A stretch of 64,000 nt of DNA from Cenarchaeum sp. (GCA_965212015.1 OZ243037.1:736001-800000), one strand, 5' to 3'; counted from the first letter of the stretch, positions 28,259-38,955 are shown. A program made the numbers and translations. The notes: generated by a model not told the origin, from the sequence alone.

Positions 28259-28333
28259 CGCCCTCGGCGGGATTTGAACACGCGTCTCAGCCGTGACAGG
28301 GCCGAATTCTAGACCGGGCTATACTACAAGGGC
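28259..28333 (-). tRNA. tRNA-Asp (GTC)
   Basis: GCCCTTGTAGTATAGCCCGGTCTAGAATTCGGCCCTGTCACGGCTGAGACGCGTGTTCAAATCCCGCCGAGGGCG folds as a cloverleaf; one T-stem mismatch. Confidence 0.9.
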
Positions 28334-29932
28334 GCAACTATACAAGACAAATTTGCCAGTTTAAAGCTTTGCTCAACGGGGTGGTGAACGGTTAAATTCG
28401 ATGCCTGCGGAATCAAAATCCCTCCTGGAGCCAACCCGTTCTCACAAGGTTCATGGGTGCTTTATATATGGAAAATTTCCCAAAAATCAGACCGTTTGTA
28501 AAGTGCCATACTGCAAAACCCGCTTTACAAAGTTTGAGGGCGTTCTGATCGCACAGGCCGTCCATCAAAGTCAGGGGCAAAAAAATCCAGGCCCCCGATA
28601 ACAGGCCCCGTCATGATGTAGTCCCGATGGTAAATGATCCCGCGTCTTTTTCCACCGTCCGAATGTCCGGTTTATGTATCCCAATCCAAAATTCTAGATC
28701 AAAAATCACATATTCCAAACGCGCAACAAAACGGCCGATTGCGGATATTGAAAATACGCGCATGCCGTCACGTTTGCACCAGGACCGGAGCTTGCAAACT
28801 TTGGATCATGTCCATACATCCAAGGATTTTCAGACCCGTGTTTTGCCGTCCCGTCGTTTGGCGCGCCTCGCTGACTGCCGTCCCGACAGCGGGCATCAGC
28901 CGTCCATTTGGGTTTTATTCGGATCTCAAATATTCCGAATCAAGTTCGCAGGCTTTGGCTCAGATTGACGGAGGGATTGTTCCGGGTCTTTCCAACACCC
29001 GAGGTTTACCGTTTTGTCATGCGCGTATCGCATGTTTGTCTCACAGTTTTCAGTCCACTCCGAATTTTTGATCTCAGGCTTTGGATTGAGGCCGTGTTAC
29101 AAATCACACATGATGGAACAGTATTCCAGACACGATCTCTTTGGATCGAGGGACGGATTCCATTTAAAACGAGTCCGTGCCGGCAGTGTCCGGGAATCAA
29201 ACGCCGGATCCTGCGGACTGTGTTGCAATCCCGCGTGCAGGGCAGGCCATATCATCATGCCCCGCGCGTAAATGGATAAAATCACGATTCGACACTAGCT
29301 TTTAGCATTGGCGGCCGGATTTCAATTGTGGGTTTTTGCCTATTGCGCACGGGATAACAGGTTGGGTTCAAGAGGGATATTTGGATTACATGTATGGGAC
29401 CTAACCGGTTACCGCACAGGGTCTGCCGGAATTAAATTACACCCGGCGGCTCTGCCGTCGAGGAATTCTAGCGACGCGGGTTTGAAAATTACGCCCATTA
29501 AACTGCAATCGGACAGTCCCCGTACTCGTGCAGCCATTCCAAAAGTGCATGGCGCACAAAGCGGACGTCCCGGCAAAACAGGCAATCCCGCGCACACGAA
29601 ACTATGGCATGATCCGGCCAGTCCCCGGCAAAGGCCGGAATCAGAATTCTCAAACCAGAACAGGGTAAAAGGCGTGCCGTGGCCTCATAACTACATCAGA
29701 CATGCCGCCGGCCCCACAAACTGCAAGGCCTGCCGGCGTCAGGCGCCGCCGGAATCACGGCCGCAGACAGGCCCCGTATTTGGAAGGCACGCCAGATATT
29801 GCAGGCAGGCCGCATGGCCTGTCTGCCGGCCCCCATTCTAGGCGCAACACGCCGGTTTTTGCGGTTTAGGCGCTTTATTGGGCGCCGGCAAAGCTCTAAG
29901 TTATTATACTAATGCACAGGTGTAATGTAGAG

Positions 29933-30136
29933 ATGGTTAAAGCTAAAACCAAACCCAAATCAAAATCCAAATCAAAAGCTAAACCCAAGAAAAAGGCATT
30001 TGGCGGATATGCAATCAGCTTTGCGGGTCGCAAAGATACCGTAGAGCAGATATTTGGCAAAAAGCCAATCCCCCCAAGTGAAATGACGAAAAGGATTTGG
30101 GCTTATGTAAAGGCCAAAAAACTGGCAAACAAATAA
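29933..30136 (+). CDS. Small basic SWIB/MDM2-like domain protein with Lys-rich N-terminal tail
   Basis: IFGKKPIPPSEMTKRIWAYVKAKKL resembles the SWIB core. Confidence 0.7.
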   Translation: MVKAKTKPKSKSKSKAKPKKKAFGGYAISFAGRKDTVEQIFGKKPIPPSEMTKRIWAYVKAKKLANK

Positions 30137-30217
30137 CCCCGGTATTTTTTTAACCAAGCAACAGGCGGCTTTGGTAAAGCCGATTAATTTCTACAGCCAG
30201 CACTTGCATGTCCAGAG

Positions 30218-30733
30218 TCAAAACGTCTGTTGCATGTCTTTTTTTATCATGTCGATTTTTTTGGCAAACGCCTTTTTCGGCCTGTCGTTTTTCTTGAGGT
30301 TCAAAACCTTTCCGCACGACGGGCATTTGAACATGTCCTCGAGGGCGTTTTCAAATGTCACCCGCTGGCAGTCATCATTACCGCAGTGGTAAAACTCTGA
30401 CGAGTTTTCATAGTCCAGCCTCTGCTGCAGCCTCTCGCCGATCTTCTTTTTTTGATTCTCGATAAAGTTCTCCACCTCCTCGCGCCTTGAGCGCCACCTG
30501 TACACAAACCAGCCCTTTCTCTCATCCTTGACGCGTATTCCGGTGATGAGCGACTTGCCAAACAGGTCGTACAGGACCTTTCTTACCATGTTGATTCGAA
30601 GGCCCGTCGAGCTTGCAATCTCTTCGTCCGTAGAGTCCTCCGCCTTTAGGAGGGATCGCGCCACTTTGAGATATTCGTCGCCGCCAATCATGGTGGCAAT
30701 CCTGACAAATGGATCCTCGTACTTGTCAACCAA
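30218..30733 (-). CDS. tfe: Transcription factor E (TFIIE alpha)
   Basis: TDEEIA..RKVLYDL, GWFVYRW, CxxxxC..FKCPSCG. Confidence 0.92.
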   Translation of the reverse strand: MVDKYEDPFVRIATMIGGDEYLKVARSLLKAEDSTDEEIASSTGLRINMVRKVLYDLFGKSLITGIRVKDERKGWFVYRWRSRREEVENFIENQKKKIGERLQQRLDYENSSEFYHCGNDDCQRVTFENALEDMFKCPSCGKVLNLKKNDRPKKAFAKKIDMIKKDMQQTF

Positions 30734-30759
30734 TACGCACCCCTGCCGTCTTGGCAATA

Positions 30760-31290
30760 TTAATCCCTTGTTTCATCCACCAGCACGTTTTTGCCCCGGC
30801 GGGCCGGAATGATTGTCCTTTTGGCGTCCTGGTACGTCCTTGAGAACTGGCCCCCCTCCTGTATCCTGTCCAGAAATACCGCAAGCGCGCTAATCTCCGA
30901 GTGCGGCTGGCTTCCAACTGAGACGTTATAATCGGACATGTCATATACCTCCCTTGGAACCTTTTCGGCCCCGACTATAACCAGGATGTTCTTCTCACCC
31001 CTTATCCTGCCAGATACCTTGTTTATCTCCTCGCCATACATTGTAAGGTGTATGATTTTGGCCGAGTCCTTCTTTTGCTTGAGTAGCCGCCTCCAGCTAT
31101 CGACAATGTCAACCTGAAAGTCTCCCCCCCACGTCTTGTTAATCTTGGCAATAGTCTGCCTGATGTCGGGGTTTACCTCGTCCATGAATATTTTGCTTGC
31201 CCCAAACGCCCTGGACACCAGGGCCACGTGCGTAGTCACCCTGTCGTCGCGCACCAGCCTCTGTCCAATCCTCAGCACCTCAATCCTCAT
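30760..31290 (-). CDS. tRNA (cytidine56-2'-O)-methyltransferase
   Basis: [44 protein letters not shown] (aTrm56 family). Confidence 0.92.
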   Translation of the reverse strand: MRIEVLRIGQRLVRDDRVTTHVALVSRAFGASKIFMDEVNPDIRQTIAKINKTWGGDFQVDIVDSWRRLLKQKKDSAKIIHLTMYGEEINKVSGRIRGEKNILVIVGAEKVPREVYDMSDYNVSVGSQPHSEISALAVFLDRIQEGGQFSRTYQDAKRTIIPARRGKNVLVDETRD

Positions 31291-32401
31291 ACGGCATCCC
31301 TGCCCCCTGGGCTTTTTTGGCCTTTGAATCGTGCGGACCTCCCACCATGTCCTCAACTAGCCGCATTAGCCGCGCCAGGTTGTATCCCGTGACAGCCGAC
31401 ACCGGCACCCATTTCTTGTTCTCTGCCAGGCCAAGCTCTTCTGCCCTGCGCACAATCTCCTGCCTGCTTGCCAGATCCGACTTGTTTAGCGCAAAGATAA
31501 TCCTGTCGGGCTGCACTCCAATCTCCGTCAGGGTTTTTTTGCAGCTCTGGAATTTCTTTTGCAGATCCGCTGCCGAATCGCTAATGTCGACTATTAACAG
31601 CACTGCGTCCGTATGCAGGAGCTCCTCTAGCGTGGATCTGAACGCCTCCACCATGTATGCGGGCAGCTTGCTGATAAAACCCACCGTATCTGAAAGCAGG
31701 TACGCCTTTTGGTTGGCAGTTACCCTCCTCGTAGTAGTCGAAAGCGTGGTAAAAAGCTCGTCGCTGCGCTCCTTGTGCTCGCCTGTCAGCCTGTTGAACA
31801 GGGTGGTCTTTCCGGCAGACGTGTATCCTGCCAGGGAGATTGTCGTAAAGCCGGTTTTTTTTCTCGCCTGGCGGTGAAGATCCCTCTGCTTTCCGGCCTT
31901 GCCAAGCTTTGATTTTACCGTGTTCATCCTGTGCCGGATGTCGTTGGTATAGACGTCTGCCTCGAACTTGCCAATCCCCATGAATCCGGGCTGCTCGCCC
32001 ATCTTTGCAAGCCTTACCTTTTCCTTTGCGCGCGACATCTCGTACCTCATTTGTGCCAGCTTTACCTGCAGCTTGGACTCGGAGCTAGAGGCCCTGCTCT
32101 CAAAGATCTCCAAGATCAGCGCCTCCCTGTCAAGGATGTTTCTGTGGAGTCGGGATGCCAGGTTATAGTTCTGGCTGGGCTTGAGTATCTCGTCGTATAC
32201 AATGACGTCCGGGTCTGAGGCATCTGCGATCTTTTCAAGGCGGTCAAGCACCTGATCGCCTATGCCGTACTTTGGCCTGTTTAGGAACCGCTGCTCCATG
32301 GTATGCACCACGCGATAGCCGGCTGACCGGCATAGATCGCCTGCCTCGCGGATTGCGTCGTCCCTGTTAGACGTTATCAGGATCGCAGTCTTCATCGGCA
32401 T
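31280..32401 (-). CDS. hflX: GTPase HflX
   Basis: [38 protein letters not shown]. Confidence 0.93.
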   Translation of the reverse strand: MPMKTAILITSNRDDAIREAGDLCRSAGYRVVHTMEQRFLNRPKYGIGDQVLDRLEKIADASDPDVIVYDEILKPSQNYNLASRLHRNILDREALILEIFESRASSSESKLQVKLAQMRYEMSRAKEKVRLAKMGEQPGFMGIGKFEADVYTNDIRHRMNTVKSKLGKAGKQRDLHRQARKKTGFTTISLAGYTSAGKTTLFNRLTGEHKERSDELFTTLSTTTRRVTANQKAYLLSDTVGFISKLPAYMVEAFRSTLEELLHTDAVLLIVDISDSAADLQKKFQSCKKTLTEIGVQPDRIIFALNKSDLASRQEIVRRAEELGLAENKKWVPVSAVTGYNLARLMRLVEDMVGGPHDSKAKKAQGAGMPYED

Positions 32402-32430
32402 CTCTCAGTATCCGCCGGATTAAAAATGAT

Positions 32431-33474
32431 CTAGTCTTTCTTTAGCACCTTTTCGATGTTTATATTGAGCACTATCTCGGCTATGTCGCTTGCATATTCT
32501 GCTATCCTGCGTATGTTCTCAGTCATCCTCCTAATCCTGTATATTTCCTGGTGATCCCGCAGGTGCCTGGTCGAGTCCAGGACGGTTTTTTCATACCTTA
32601 CAATCCCGGCTGCGTCATTGATGGTTTTTTCTGCCTGGGCATAGTTTTCCTTGAACAGTGCAAGGCACGCCTCGTCGAGCACGCATATTGCAAACTCGCT
32701 CATGTCCCGGATTTTTTCCAGCACCTCCTTTTTGATGCCCTTTTTGAATTCCAGCAGATCGTGCGCGATTAGCGCCGCGTGATCGCCTGTCCTCTCTATG
32801 TTTTTGACCACCAGCCGGTATCCCAGACAGTTTCTGGCGTTTGCAAAGCCCATCTCCTTGAGCATGTGCTCGTGCTGGATTGCGATTTTTAGCTGGCGGA
32901 TTATGTAAAAGCCGAACCTGTCCACCTCGTCGTCCGTGTTTATCACCTCCTGTGCAAGATCAAGGTTCCCCTCCCTTACTGCCAGGATGGCATCAGAGAG
33001 CATGGATTTTGCCAGATGAATCATCCGCTTGAATGCCCCGTCCACTGTCAGCTCCAACAGGTTGACTAGGACCTGTATGGTTATCCCCTTGCTGGAATCG
33101 GCAATTATTTCAGAGCCCATCAGCATCCGCTTGACTGCCCCCTTTACTGCCGTTCTCTGGCCGGGACTCAGCCTGGTATTTTTGGAATTCACGTGTATCG
33201 TCTTGAAGCCGAGAAAATACAGCGAGATTAGCTTTCTTATTATCGACGACGTCTCCTCACTGGTACCGATCTCGATCGTGGCGTCATCTGTCTGTATTAT
33301 GCTGGTTTGAAATCCGACGGCGTGGATTTGCAGCGCAGACGAGTTTTGGCGGGTCATCCTCACCTGATCGCCCTGTTTTAGCCCCAAATCCATTACCCAT
33401 CGCTTTGGTAATGAAACTATATAGGAGGATTTTCCGGTAAACTGAATTTTTCGTATTTCGCCATTTTCATCCAT
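32431..33474 (-). CDS. Phosphate uptake regulator (AbrB + PhoU domains)
   Basis: RKIQFTGKSSYIVSLPKRW; DDEVDRF; ERTGDHA; RRIAEYASDIAE. Confidence 0.9.
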   Translation of the reverse strand: MDENGEIRKIQFTGKSSYIVSLPKRWVMDLGLKQGDQVRMTRQNSSALQIHAVGFQTSIIQTDDATIEIGTSEETSSIIRKLISLYFLGFKTIHVNSKNTRLSPGQRTAVKGAVKRMLMGSEIIADSSKGITIQVLVNLLELTVDGAFKRMIHLAKSMLSDAILAVREGNLDLAQEVINTDDEVDRFGFYIIRQLKIAIQHEHMLKEMGFANARNCLGYRLVVKNIERTGDHAALIAHDLLEFKKGIKKEVLEKIRDMSEFAICVLDEACLALFKENYAQAEKTINDAAGIVRYEKTVLDSTRHLRDHQEIYRIRRMTENIRRIAEYASDIAEIVLNINIEKVLKKD

Positions 33475-33607
33475 AATATATAGAAATCAGGTTTAGTTAT
33501 ATAGTTTAACGGTATCAACATAGGCAATTCGTCGGATTTCACGCCTGTGGATTCGGGCATCCGGATCCGGCACTGGACTAATATTGAGACCAAGGCCCGT
33601 GCAGTGC

Positions 33608-34072
33608 ATGGATAATTATCTAAAGCTGCGCCACACGCTAGATGCCCTGTTTGGGGCAAGGACGTCTGCCAATCTGCCAAAAAAGGTAGAGTTTGTCCTC
33701 TCAAAAAAAAACGGGCGGATTAAAAACGTCCATTACGGCAAAAAGCTGCTGTGCACCCTCAGGATAGACGGGGGCCTGGCAATCACGCCCTATTTTGCCC
33801 AGATGCTGCTGAAAGGCAAAAGTTTCAGGCACAACTGTCTGGAAGTCGACGCCGAATCCAGGCCGTTTGTGGAGGACGGAAGATCGGTCTTTTGCTCCCA
33901 CGTGCTGTGGTGCGGCAAGAACGTCAGGATAGCATCAGACGTGCCGGTCCTCTTCAAGGACAGGGTGATTGCGGTGGGAAAGGCGGTGCTCCCCTCAGAG
34001 ATGATAATGCAGATGAGGCGCGGAGTCGCAGTCAAGGTCAGGGATTCCGTAAGGCCATCTGCCCGGATGTGA
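33608..34072 (+). CDS. PUA-domain protein (archaeosine TGT C-terminal-like)
   Basis: GRIKNV..LCTLR.DG, PFVEDGRSVFCSHV, GVAVKVR. Confidence 0.82.
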   Translation: MDNYLKLRHTLDALFGARTSANLPKKVEFVLSKKNGRIKNVHYGKKLLCTLRIDGGLAITPYFAQMLLKGKSFRHNCLEVDAESRPFVEDGRSVFCSHVLWCGKNVRIASDVPVLFKDRVIAVGKAVLPSEMIMQMRRGVAVKVRDSVRPSARM

Positions 34073-34122
34073 CGCGCCGCATACCGTAATGGAGATTTGC
34101 CGGCATCATACAAGTGTTGTAT

Positions 34123-35250
34123 CTAGCGCATCCGTACCACGTCGACGCCGCGCAGCGTCAGCGACTGGATGCTCGATTCCTTGAGGCAGGCCACCCTGTC
34201 CCGTATTATCACGGGATTCAGATCGTCTCTGCACTGTATCTTGTCAGGCGACACTCCGTTGGCAATCTGCTGGCGCGAGGACAGCGACGCATCGGCGGTA
34301 CTGCCTATGTAGAGCACGACTGTCCCGCGCAGCGTCAGCGAATCATGGCTTGTGCCGGCGCTGACTAGCACGGTGTGCTCGCCGGCAGTCTTTGGAATCC
34401 ACGACAGGGCGGCAGACGCAGTCCTGCCTGGCGGAATGTCCCCAGAGATGGAGCTTTCGCGGGTGTCATTTGAGACTATCAGGTAGACATAGTGCTGTGT
34501 GTGGTCCTCCGTGTTGTGAATGTCAGCCGCTATGTGAACGCGCTGGCCCTGCTCTATCTCAGATACGCCCTCGCCGAATGCGTTTACAATCCTTATGTCC
34601 GACACGTCCAGCGAGTGGGACTGGACAGTTTCCGTTATGTCTATTTTTTTGGCCGCGCCGTGCTCCAGGCAGAACGTCCTGCCCCTTATGTCCACGGGAT
34701 TCAGGCCTTGCTCGCAGCGGGGCTCGTCAGGCGGCGCGACATTATCAACGGGTGGCGGTGCGACATTATCAACTGGTGGCGGTGCGACATCATCAGGCCG
34801 CGAATCTGCCGCATCCACGTCAAGCACCAATGTTGCGCGCAGCGGCGCCGACTTGTAGTCAGACGCATGCTCCGGGCCGACTCGGATCATCACGGTGTGC
34901 TCGCCTGCCGTCTTGGGCACCCATATTATTCCGGCAGTTATCCTCTGGTCCGCCTGAATAGAGCCGGACATATAGTCGCCGTCACCGCCCTCTGGCACCA
35001 GGGCATAGACAAACCTCCGCTCGGAGCTGTCGTTGTTTTTTATGTCCGCCATGATGTATAGCCGCTGGTTTTGCTCTATTTCAGATACCGGCCTCTCAGA
35101 GGCGTCTAGCACCATTATGTTTGAGACGTGCAGCGGGCCGGACTGGGGTTTTTCCGTTATGCTAGTCGCCCCGCCAGAGTCCTGCTGCGCCTGCGCGTCT
35201 GCGCCATACAGGGCAAAAAGTACCGCAATGAAAAACAGCAACACCCTCAT
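34123..35250 (-). CDS. Secreted protein with two repeated Ig-like domains and a short Pro-rich repeat linker
   Basis: Signal peptide; duplicated VSEIEQ.QR..I.ADI.N...W.PKTAGEHTV; three (D/N)VAPP repeats. Confidence 0.75.
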   Translation of the reverse strand: MRVLLFFIAVLFALYGADAQAQQDSGGATSITEKPQSGPLHVSNIMVLDASERPVSEIEQNQRLYIMADIKNNDSSERRFVYALVPEGGDGDYMSGSIQADQRITAGIIWVPKTAGEHTVMIRVGPEHASDYKSAPLRATLVLDVDAADSRPDDVAPPPVDNVAPPPVDNVAPPDEPRCEQGLNPVDIRGRTFCLEHGAAKKIDITETVQSHSLDVSDIRIVNAFGEGVSEIEQGQRVHIAADIHNTEDHTQHYVYLIVSNDTRESSISGDIPPGRTASAALSWIPKTAGEHTVLVSAGTSHDSLTLRGTVVLYIGSTADASLSSRQQIANGVSPDKIQCRDDLNPVIIRDRVACLKESSIQSLTLRGVDVVRMR

Positions 35251-35405
35251 TGGAATTCGGGTGTTTTTATCACATATTAGGAATTCGATCCATTTCTCAG
35301 TGCCGGGCCCTGCCTCCGGCAACCACGCAGCAAGTCCGGATGCGCATCACCGCACCAAGATAGCTTAAAAAGCCGGGAATGGCTCGGGATTGCGAGTGGA
35401 TGCAA

Positions 35406-35750
35406 ATGATGCGCGGTGGAAATCGGAACATGCGAAGAATGATGGACAAGATGGGGCTGGACATGCAAGAGGTCGCCGACGTCAACGAGGTCATCATAAA
35501 GACCAATACAAAGGAGATCATAATATCAAAGCCGCAGGTAACAGAGATGAAGGCAAAGGACAGCTCCATCTTTACTGTAACGTGCGAGGATTACGAGGAA
35601 AAGGAGCTAGAGGTTCCAAAGTTCAAGAGCGGCGACGTGGAGATTGTCTGCATGAAGACCGGCGCAAGCGAGGAGCAGGCAATCAATTCGCTGACTGAGA
35701 CAGACGGGGATCTGGCACGGGCAATCATGCTGCTGCAGCCTACCAGATGA
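35406..35750 (+). CDS. nac: Nascent polypeptide-associated complex protein
   Basis: RRMMDKMGLDMQEV..V.EVII; C-terminal UBA-like GDLARAIM. Confidence 0.9.
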   Translation: MMRGGNRNMRRMMDKMGLDMQEVADVNEVIIKTNTKEIIISKPQVTEMKAKDSSIFTVTCEDYEEKELEVPKFKSGDVEIVCMKTGASEEQAINSLTETDGDLARAIMLLQPTR

Positions 35751-35762
35751 ACGAGTCGCGTC

Positions 35763-36422
35763 CTATCCGGTAATCGACAGCGGCAGTACTAGACGCCGGC
35801 GTCCTTGGCGCTGTGATATGTATTTTGCAGACAGCCTGTCGCGCTTTCCCCTCTGGTTGTGGTTTCTAGTCCTCGGGCTGGTCCTGTACTCGTTGACAAA
35901 TTCCAGCTCAAAAGACGAGCAGAACCTCAGGTTAAGCGCGGCCCCGATGTTCCTTGCCGCAGCCATGTTACCGCAGCCGATCTTTACAATCTTTTTCTTC
36001 GCCCCCAGTCCCGCCAGAACAGTTATCATGTGCGAGACCAGCCCGTCCACTGACGAGTGCGTGGTGCTTTCAATCTCCAGCCCGTAATAGAATATCGACA
36101 GGCCGATCCCGCCCCCCGGATCAACGCCGATGACAAGTGCGTCCTGCTCAAGTGCAGGATCCAGCTTTTGCAAGACCAGCCCCCTTATCACGGCGGGATG
36201 CATCTCGCAGGTCTCCTCGTACAGCATTGGCATGCGGGATTTTTCTGGTGCCTCTTTTTTTGTGGTAAATATTATGTCCCCGGAATAATCCGGAATGTCC
36301 CGCGGCAGCAGCGAGTCGAATCTGGCCCCCAGCCTGTCAAGGGAGCGGACAAACCTAAAGTACGGTTTGCCGTATGCGGTTGCAACACCAATTCGAAGAT
36401 TGTCCAGCGCGCCTATGTCCAA
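35763..36422 (-). CDS. Conserved hypothetical protein with RNase H-like motif
   Basis: VIGVDPG, VKIG.G, VNEYRTS. Confidence 0.65.
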   Translation of the reverse strand: MDIGALDNLRIGVATAYGKPYFRFVRSLDRLGARFDSLLPRDIPDYSGDIIFTTKKEAPEKSRMPMLYEETCEMHPAVIRGLVLQKLDPALEQDALVIGVDPGGGIGLSIFYYGLEIESTTHSSVDGLVSHMITVLAGLGAKKKIVKIGCGNMAAARNIGAALNLRFCSSFELEFVNEYRTSPRTRNHNQRGKRDRLSAKYISQRQGRRRLVLPLSITG

Positions 36423-36447
36423 ACGGACATGCCGTACGATATTAGGT

Positions 36448-36780
36448 TTATGCCTTTAAAACCGTCGAGACGACGTGCTTTACGGCATCCTCAAAGCTGG
36501 CGTCAATCTGCGAGCGCAGCTTTTGGAGTTGTTTCTCGCTGTCCTGTACGATTGTGGCAGACTCGGACTCGGCCTTTGCCTTTGCATCTCCGATGATCGT
36601 TCCGGCCTCCTTGGTTGCCATCTCGCCGGTCTTGGCCATCAGCGCGTCAATCTCGCCCTGGGCCTTGTCGGCCAGATTTTTTTTCATGTCTGCAATCTTT
36701 GTGTTCAGCGAGTCGAGATCATCTTCCAGCCCAGATAGTGCGGCCATGATCCCCGTAACCCTGGATTCTGCCTTGCCCAT
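36448..36780 (-). CDS. Coiled-coil protein resembling A/V-ATPase subunit H/G
   Basis: Ala/Glu/Lys-rich helix ending FEDAVKHVVSTVL. Confidence 0.6.
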   Translation of the reverse strand: MGKAESRVTGIMAALSGLEDDLDSLNTKIADMKKNLADKAQGEIDALMAKTGEMATKEAGTIIGDAKAKAESESATIVQDSEKQLQKLRSQIDASFEDAVKHVVSTVLKA

Positions 36781-37018
36781 AATTGCTTGAAATTCAAAAT
36801 TCCAATAATTAAATCATGCCCAGCCAGTCTCGCGCCGCCGGAATTCTCGGATTCACAAGAGCTATAGATATTTATACAGCTTTTTTCGTTTTTCTTAAGA
36901 TCTATCTTTTTTAAAGTGCTAATCATTAAAAAAAATATACATATTTGGGGTCAAAATTATAAAAATTATCGATCTACTCTTATATACTTGTGAATTCTAC
37001 AATAGAATGAGTGATTAA

Positions 37019-37258
37019 ATGACTTGTAAAGGAATTTGCATAAGATACAAGGCACAAAAGCCGGTCGGAACCGGCAGGTATGCCTCCGGACAGAGACGAT
37101 GTCAGATTTGCGAAATCTTCATCAAGTGGGAGGGACTTTGGTGTCCGTGCTGCGGATACAGGCTGAGAACAAAGCCGCGAAACCTAAAGTACAAGGCAAA
37201 GCTCAGAGCAAGGGTGGAGGCCGATTCCAAGGCCGAAGCAATAGCAATAAAAGCATAA
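37019..37258 (+). CDS. Conserved thaumarchaeal Cys-rich Zn-binding protein
   Basis: MTCKGIC...RRCQICEIF...CPCCGYRLR. Confidence 0.8.
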   Translation: MTCKGICIRYKAQKPVGTGRYASGQRRCQICEIFIKWEGLWCPCCGYRLRTKPRNLKYKAKLRARVEADSKAEAIAIKA

Positions 37259-37275
37259 AACCCATTCCAAGATTA

Positions 37276-37614
37276 TTGACTAGCAATCCTTTTTGCCAAA
37301 AGACAGTCAGCGCAGGCGGCCGCTCATTTACAGTAATGGTCCTAAGGTTTGAGAACGGCAGCTTTGTATCGGTTTCAGAGGGGGCAGCAAGGATAGGGTC
37401 CATGGCAGTGTCCCTTGGTTCCGGGCCCGCCCCCGTCACTACTACTGTGATACCCTCAAGGACGGACTCGCTTTTTTTAAGGCTTGCAGCAGAAAGGGTC
37501 AGCTCGATTAGCCGGGGCGTCGCCATAGTGTCAAGTAATGTGCAAGGCGAGCTTGATCCGGACTCCATAAAGGCTCTGATGGGCGGCATTATAGAGATGG
37601 TGAAAAATGTCTGA
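37276..37614 (+). CDS. Conserved hypothetical protein (proteasome assembly chaperone-like)
   Basis: TTG start; FENGSFVSVSEG..RIGSMAVS; overlaps the ubiD start. Confidence 0.6.
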   Translation: MTSNPFCQKTVSAGGRSFTVMVLRFENGSFVSVSEGAARIGSMAVSLGSGPAPVTTTVIPSRTDSLFLRLAAERVSSISRGVAIVSSNVQGELDPDSIKALMGGIIEMVKNV

Positions 37615-38935
37615 TCTCAGGGGCTTTCTTGCGCTGCTAAAAAAGGAGGGCGAGCTTGCGACTGTAAAAAAGCCAGTCTCTGCCAGGTACGAGGTTGCCG
37701 GAGTCACCGCCAAGATGGACGGATCTCGCGCCGTACTCTTTGAGAATGTCAGGGACTCGGAATTTCGCATAGTGTCAAACCTTGTCGGGACGAAAAAAAG
37801 ATTCGGGCTCGCAGCGGGGACGGACCGGGACGGGATACACCGCGGGGTCATAAAGTCCATTGCAGAGGCCAAAAGGCCGGGGACCGTGCGGGCCGGGGAA
37901 TTTCTTGAAAACACGTCAGGTGATCTGTCCTGTTTGCCGGTGGTGACGCACTTTGAAAAAGAGTCCGGGCCGTTTATCACGTCGTCTATAATACACGCAA
38001 AAAACCCAGAGTCCGGAATGCAAAACTCGTCCTTTCACAGGCTGATGCCGATAGACGACGGGCGTTTTTCAGTCAGGATGGTGGAGGGCAGGCACCTCCA
38101 CCGGTGCCACGCAGATGCAAAAAGTCACGGCGAGGATCTCGGCGTGGCAATCACGATAGGGGTCCATCCGGCAGTCTCCATAGCGGGGGCATACCAGGCC
38201 GACTGGGGAAAAGACGAGATGGGCATTGCAAACGCCATGCTCGGCGGCAAGCTCGCCCTTGCAAAATGCCCCATCACCGGCCTGCACGTTCCGTCCCATT
38301 CCGAGATTGTAATGGAGGGAAAAATCCTGAGAGACGAGACGCACGAGGAATGGATGGTCGAGATGCTCCAGACGTACGACCACAAGAGGCACCAGCCGGT
38401 CTTTGAGCTAGAAAGGCTCTATCACAGAAGCGAGCCAATCTTTCATGACGTCCTGGCAGGATACTCCGAACACAGGCTGCTGATGGGAATGCCGATAGAG
38501 TCAAAGCTCAGCGGCGAGCTAAAAAAGGCGTTCCCGCAGACGAGGGGCGTCTCGATGACAGACGGCGGGTGCAACTGGCTGCACGCAGTAGTCCAGATCA
38601 AAAAGGGCGCCCAGGACGAGCCTGGAAAAATCATCAAAAAGACATTCGAGATACACAGATCGCTAAAGCAGGTGACCATAGTAGACGAGGACATTGATCC
38701 CGGATCTGCCAGGCAGGTGGAATACGCCCTTGCCACCAGGTTCCAGGCAGATACGGATCTCGTGGTAATGAGAAACCTGCGCGGATCCAGCCTGGATCCC
38801 TCCAGTGATCAGGAAAACCTCAGCACCGCAAAAACCGGACTGGACGCCACAAAGTCTCACTCCAAGCGGCAGGAGGGCTTTGAGATAGCAAGGATACCGG
38901 GCATGGGCGAGATATCGCTAGAGGACTATCTCTAG
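37607..38935 (+). CDS. UbiD-family decarboxylase
   Basis: GPFITSS, NSSFHR, EIVMEG, VDEDID, SSLDPS, K.GLDAT. Confidence 0.92.
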   Translation: MSDLRGFLALLKKEGELATVKKPVSARYEVAGVTAKMDGSRAVLFENVRDSEFRIVSNLVGTKKRFGLAAGTDRDGIHRGVIKSIAEAKRPGTVRAGEFLENTSGDLSCLPVVTHFEKESGPFITSSIIHAKNPESGMQNSSFHRLMPIDDGRFSVRMVEGRHLHRCHADAKSHGEDLGVAITIGVHPAVSIAGAYQADWGKDEMGIANAMLGGKLALAKCPITGLHVPSHSEIVMEGKILRDETHEEWMVEMLQTYDHKRHQPVFELERLYHRSEPIFHDVLAGYSEHRLLMGMPIESKLSGELKKAFPQTRGVSMTDGGCNWLHAVVQIKKGAQDEPGKIIKKTFEIHRSLKQVTIVDEDIDPGSARQVEYALATRFQADTDLVVMRNLRGSSLDPSSDQENLSTAKTGLDATKSHSKRQEGFEIARIPGMGEISLEDYL

Positions 38936-38955
38936 TAGGCCGGTGCCTGCCACAG

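Larger units (their letters stand above)
8575..28272. mobile_element. Integrative element (genomic island) at the 3' end of tRNA-Asp, about 19.7 kb
   Basis: 18-bp direct repeat AGAGCGCCCTCGGCGGGA at 8575-8592 and 28255-28272 (tRNA 3' end); tyrosine integrase next to the tRNA; defence and mobility cargo. Confidence 0.92.

Noticed and set aside
28186-28281. N-terminal extension of the integrase across the att site (SSV-type split integrase)
   Set aside because: The extension starts inside the tRNA and is not protein-like; a good ATG lies at 28185; no N-terminal integrase fragment was seen at the distal att
28262-28284. T-stem mismatch in tRNA-Asp as damage caused by integration
   Set aside because: Both att copies have the same 3' strand, so the crossover does not explain it; could be a natural variant or a base error
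37036-37275. N-terminal extension of the 192-aa ORF
   Set aside because: Overlaps the conserved Zn-binding gene in another frame; the TTG at 37276 is more plausible
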